Source: Botryllus schlosseri (lineage: Eukaryota). From it: DNA of 64,000 nucleotides. A program made the position numbers and the translations under genes. How positions within the stretch are numbered: the stretch's first letter is position 1; the number at the start of each line of letters is the position of its first letter. The DNA lies in assembly GCA_051294905.1 (NCBI GenBank), contig CM119372.1:19036001-19100000 (forward strand), written 5' to 3'. The notes under the pieces were generated by a model, which saw only the letters and a program-made list of their open reading frames with translations, made no database searches and was not told the DNA's origin. Below, piece by piece: positions 13,294 to 64,000 of this stretch.

Positions 13294-14635
13294 CAGGGTT
13301 GCCATCGACATGGACCCAAAAATAAGGACAGTCGAAAAATGAGATTAGCATGAAAAAGCGTTTTTGTACATACTTTGTATTTATACGAGCCGTGGCATAT
13401 GTGCACCAAGTCTAGACAAAATCATTTTTGAGCGTATGGAGCAAGTCTATGAAATCAGACACCCACCTTGGCCTATAGGCGATGTAAAGAGGAGGCATGC
13501 ACACTGAATGAAAAGTAAAGAAGACAGTATAGAAAAAGCAAGCGAGAAGTAATGGAGTGACATGTCATGGCAAGCGAGTTCGATACGTCAGGTCGTGGTC
13601 CGGTAATCTTGAGGATGAATAGTGTTTATTTAGTAGTAATTGCATGTATTTAGACTCGAACGTGGACAGGACATGCACGTCGACTATGGCCGAAGAAAAC
13701 TTATTTGCGATGTTAGAATCGGGGAATATTGCTTTGAACAATTGCGATGTGCAATCGTTGGTAAGGAATAGTTGCAATATGGAATGCTCAGGCAGCAGCA
13801 GCTGCCTTGTAGTCTGTGGTCGTTGGTGCTGGTCGACCATTGGAAAAATTATTAATCGACTTGCTCAAATTAATCATTATGAAACACTTGTGTTTTGGGG
13901 TAGCAATGTGAGTTGAAATAGCGGTCTTTCCTATGGCCTCCAGGTTAATGTGACAATTGCAGATATTGCAATATGCGAAACACTCGCCCTTCAAGCTTCG
14001 TTAGATACCTTTGAATTCTCTCTCATAATCGTCACGAAAATTTTTTTACGCCTGCTCGTTTGAGCTAATCAGATTTAGCCTTACTAGTAGCTAAAACTAT
14101 ATATGTGCAGGTGCAATATAATTTAGATAAATTTATTAATGATTTGTAGCTTTACTACTTTTAAGTTTTGACCAATGTGTCGACTGCACTGTGACTTTGT
14201 CACCACGCAATAATACTGCCTTCCCCAAAGCTTGAGCTTATTCTGCTGTAGACCAAACAGCAGGGACATGGCACTGATGTTTACTGCTAAAATGACGTCC
14301 GCTGCGGTAGCTTGGTACAGACGGAACTGCTATAGCACTCACTGCCCAAATCTATCTCACCACACAGAAGTCAAATCTTGTAGTGTGTACGTCACGAGAG
14401 TTCCTTTCAGTTATGATGTTAAAATCTCGACGCAAAAGCACAATTTTAGAATATTATGCAACACAGATACCAGAGGAAAACGATCAAAGTTCAGTAGTTG
14501 TTGAAAATAAGACAAAATAAGGACGCAAGTCGAAAATAAGGACATTTCTTAGAAATAAGGACAGTTGAGTTTTCTAAGACGTGACCCTTCAAAATAAGGA
14601 CAAATCTTAGAAATAAGGACGGTATGGCAACCCTG
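13294..14635 (-). mobile_element. Non-autonomous hAT transposon with N-terminal transposase remnant
   Basis: TIRs CAGGGTTGCCAT / ATGGCAACCCTG; perfect 8-bp TSD GTTATAAA (13286-13293, 14636-14643); AAATAAGGAC subterminal repeats. Minus-strand remnants: zinc-finger-like CNIC...HIATPKHK and DCTSQLFKAIFPDSNIANKFS. Confidence 0.88.
13444..13685 (-). mobile_element. CR1/L2-group LINE 3' fragment nested in the hAT element
   Basis: The reverse complement aligns with ~52279-52512 (STFESKYMQLLLNK...SSRLPDHD plus 3' UTR); tail missing. Confidence 0.85.
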
Positions 14636-14943
14636 GTTATAAAGCTATCAACTTGTGTGAGATAGTCGGTCCTGATTCCCTATATTGTTGTGATTAGTAA
14701 CTCCAGTATGTGGTTGCCCGACATTTGAGCATTACTACCAACGAGGTAACCAGCTTTATTGATACTAAACAATTTAAGTTTCTAATTACACAATATTTTT
14801 CTTGGTTACTCCTCTGGACGTGGTATGGTTGATGACGGGTGGCGAATTTGCCAGCCCCGTATTCGTATACCTAAGCGGGCTGCGTCGGTTGTCTTCCTGT
14901 TCATGCTGATCCATTTGATAGTATGTCTGTGGTGGCAATATGC

Positions 14944-15311
14944 TAGAGTTACCATACGTCCTCTTTTAAGCGGATTTGTCCTCTTTTTTGACTAATTTGA
15001 AAGTGTCCTCGGAGGACGCCCTTTTGTCCTCTTTTTGGAGATTTTGTCCTCTTTATTGAAAATTTAGGTCACGATTAGAGCAAACTGCGAGTGATATGCC
15101 GTAAATTAGCACAGAAGTGACGCTCCGACGGGTGTTTCGGAGTCAAAAACGGTGATTTGAGCACTGAGCGAAATGTTGACTTTTTTTCATCGAACCGATC
15201 ACAAAGTGGGAAAAATTCACCGATTTTTGAGAATTCTCCGGTTTTGCAAGTTACAAAATTTCTGAAAGAGTGTCCTCTTTTTAGATTTCCAAAATATGGT
15301 AATTAAGCCTA
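14944..15311. mobile_element. hAT-type MITE
   Basis: Ends TAGAGTTACCATA / TATGGTAATTAAGCCTA; perfect TSD CAATATGC (14936-14943, 15312-15319); TGTCCTCTTTT subterminal repeats; sister copy at 40724-41012. Confidence 0.82.
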
Positions 15312-16418
15312 CAATATGCGATTAGGACAGTTTTTGGGATGACGAGATAGCGTAATGGTATGATCCACAACTACAACACAACAGTTCGATTACGACTGAG
15401 ATCAACTCCAGAGCCCATTCCCAAGCGTTGGAGTTTTATCTAGGCTCCTCGCCCCATGATCACGCGGCGTCTTACTAAAAAGTCCAGAAGTAGGCCGTGT
15501 AATAGTGTCAAAGTTGGCAGATAGGAATCGAAATAAAGAATATCGACCTGGCGTAAACGATCATTGTAGTCGAAAACACCATGAATATACTAGAAACAAC
15601 CGACCAATCGTTCACCCGCACCAGCTCATGCCATTCACACCAACATAAATCGAAACATCACAACGAGCGGGATGCAATCGGTCGTAAACTATATTGCTAT
15701 TATTTCCAAATTTTACTGGTCTCTACTATTTGCAGTGTCACCCTCTACCCCGCGTATAGAGGTAATGCGACGTCATGTGCTGTCAGTATTGCATGGATGT
15801 TAAATATTCCTAATACGTTTCGCGATGAGTTCTTCATGTCGCTATATGATATGGCTGCCTAATGTCATAACGCAGTTAAATTCGATTTTTATGAATATAC
15901 GAACTACTGTGATGTAAGGATCGAATGATGTTGGTAAGGAATATTATCGATAGATAACTATAAGCGGGAAAAAGTGAGGATATCCGGAATTGCGGAAGTT
16001 TGGAATATAGCATTGCCTATGCTAGTATGAGTATTTCATTTGCGAATAGTTGTATGTGACTTTCAGACCTGTTTCCGGCACGACCACATCAGCCATACAC
16101 AATTACACATTGCATGGTATAGGTGAAATTTATCATCATCATTCTGTGATCGATGTAGCTTTTGGTTTGGTTTCGCCATGTGGTGATCAAATTTATGTAA
16201 CGGATTTATAGTTCAAATTTGCAGAAATGTCATAGGAAGTCCAATACAGACGTGACTCCGTCAAAATCCATATGTATTGAAATTACATCTTACTTGATAG
16301 GCTATCGGTCGAAAATAATATAATTGCTAAACATTATCATTTCCGATCGCAGTTCTTGTAGTTTTAACATTTAATTGGAGACTGGTGGTGCTGGTACCTG
16401 TAGAAATAAGACTGTGCG

Positions 16419-63484
<47,066 letters not shown>

Positions 63485-64000
63485 GTTTGATGCTGTTTTT
63501 GAATTGGTAACGGAAGAATATTTACTGCAATTTCTTGATGTCGTTGTAATTTTGAGGTGGTTTTGAAACTATCCGATGGTAGTCAATAGCAGCTTGCCCA
63601 ATTTTAATTTGATAAGTAGTTTTGTTGTCAAATTATGTGGAATGTGAAGGATTTTGAATGTGTGTGAGTGGGCAATTATGGAACTTGGCAAGTTATCTTG
63701 CAAGACATTTAAACTGAGCCAAATATTGAATTGCTATGAATAAACCAAATGTGATGAAGCTGATCCATCTTGAATACAGCTTCCTCCGTGCTCTTCTCAG
63801 AGCGTCTCATGTTGGGCGACTCCTGTTTACTACTTGATCATCCATTGTAGTAATATTTTTCCTCACTGCCTGCCATGAAATGAATTCATTATTCAGGATC
63901 GATGAGTCATATGGGCCAAATAGCGATTGTCATAATAGCAAGGCTATTAAATAGCGAATATCCCAACAGAAAATTTGATATTAATGAGGAATTCAAAACT

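Noticed and set aside
15538..15592. Short repeat shared with ~28991-29042 (GAATATCG.CCTGG.GTAAA...AAACACCATGAATA)
   Set aside because: The similarity is real, but too short and decayed to classify; probably an old repeat fragment.

Overview
Eukaryotic, AT-rich animal DNA with spliceosomal introns. Many 54-70 nt introns and chordate-like proteins suggest an invertebrate chordate such as a tunicate (inference). Two + strand genes were rebuilt by hand from GT-AG junctions and reading frame. (1) The 3' part of a phospholipase C-like gene (PLCL1/2, PRIP type): 8 exons, <1-11945, covering the Y box, C2 domain and PLCL tail. (2) A cubilin orthologue: 62 exons, 16419->63484, covering signal peptide, N-terminal trimerisation region, 8 EGF and CUB1-20, continuing past the window. 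The introns and spacer hold many hAT-type elements and MITEs with 8-bp target-site duplications (TSDs), CR1/L2-type LINE 3' ends, tRNA-derived SINEs and a 542-bp foldback element. The two most unusual signals are (a) a Penelope-like 3' end whose repeat carries a minimal type-I hammerhead ribozyme motif, in three copies inside cubilin introns, and (b) discontinuous, degenerate 28S rRNA pieces between the arms of a Charlie/Buster-type MITE. Most ORF-track entries are spurious or partial exons. No searches were run; family calls rest on recalled motifs.
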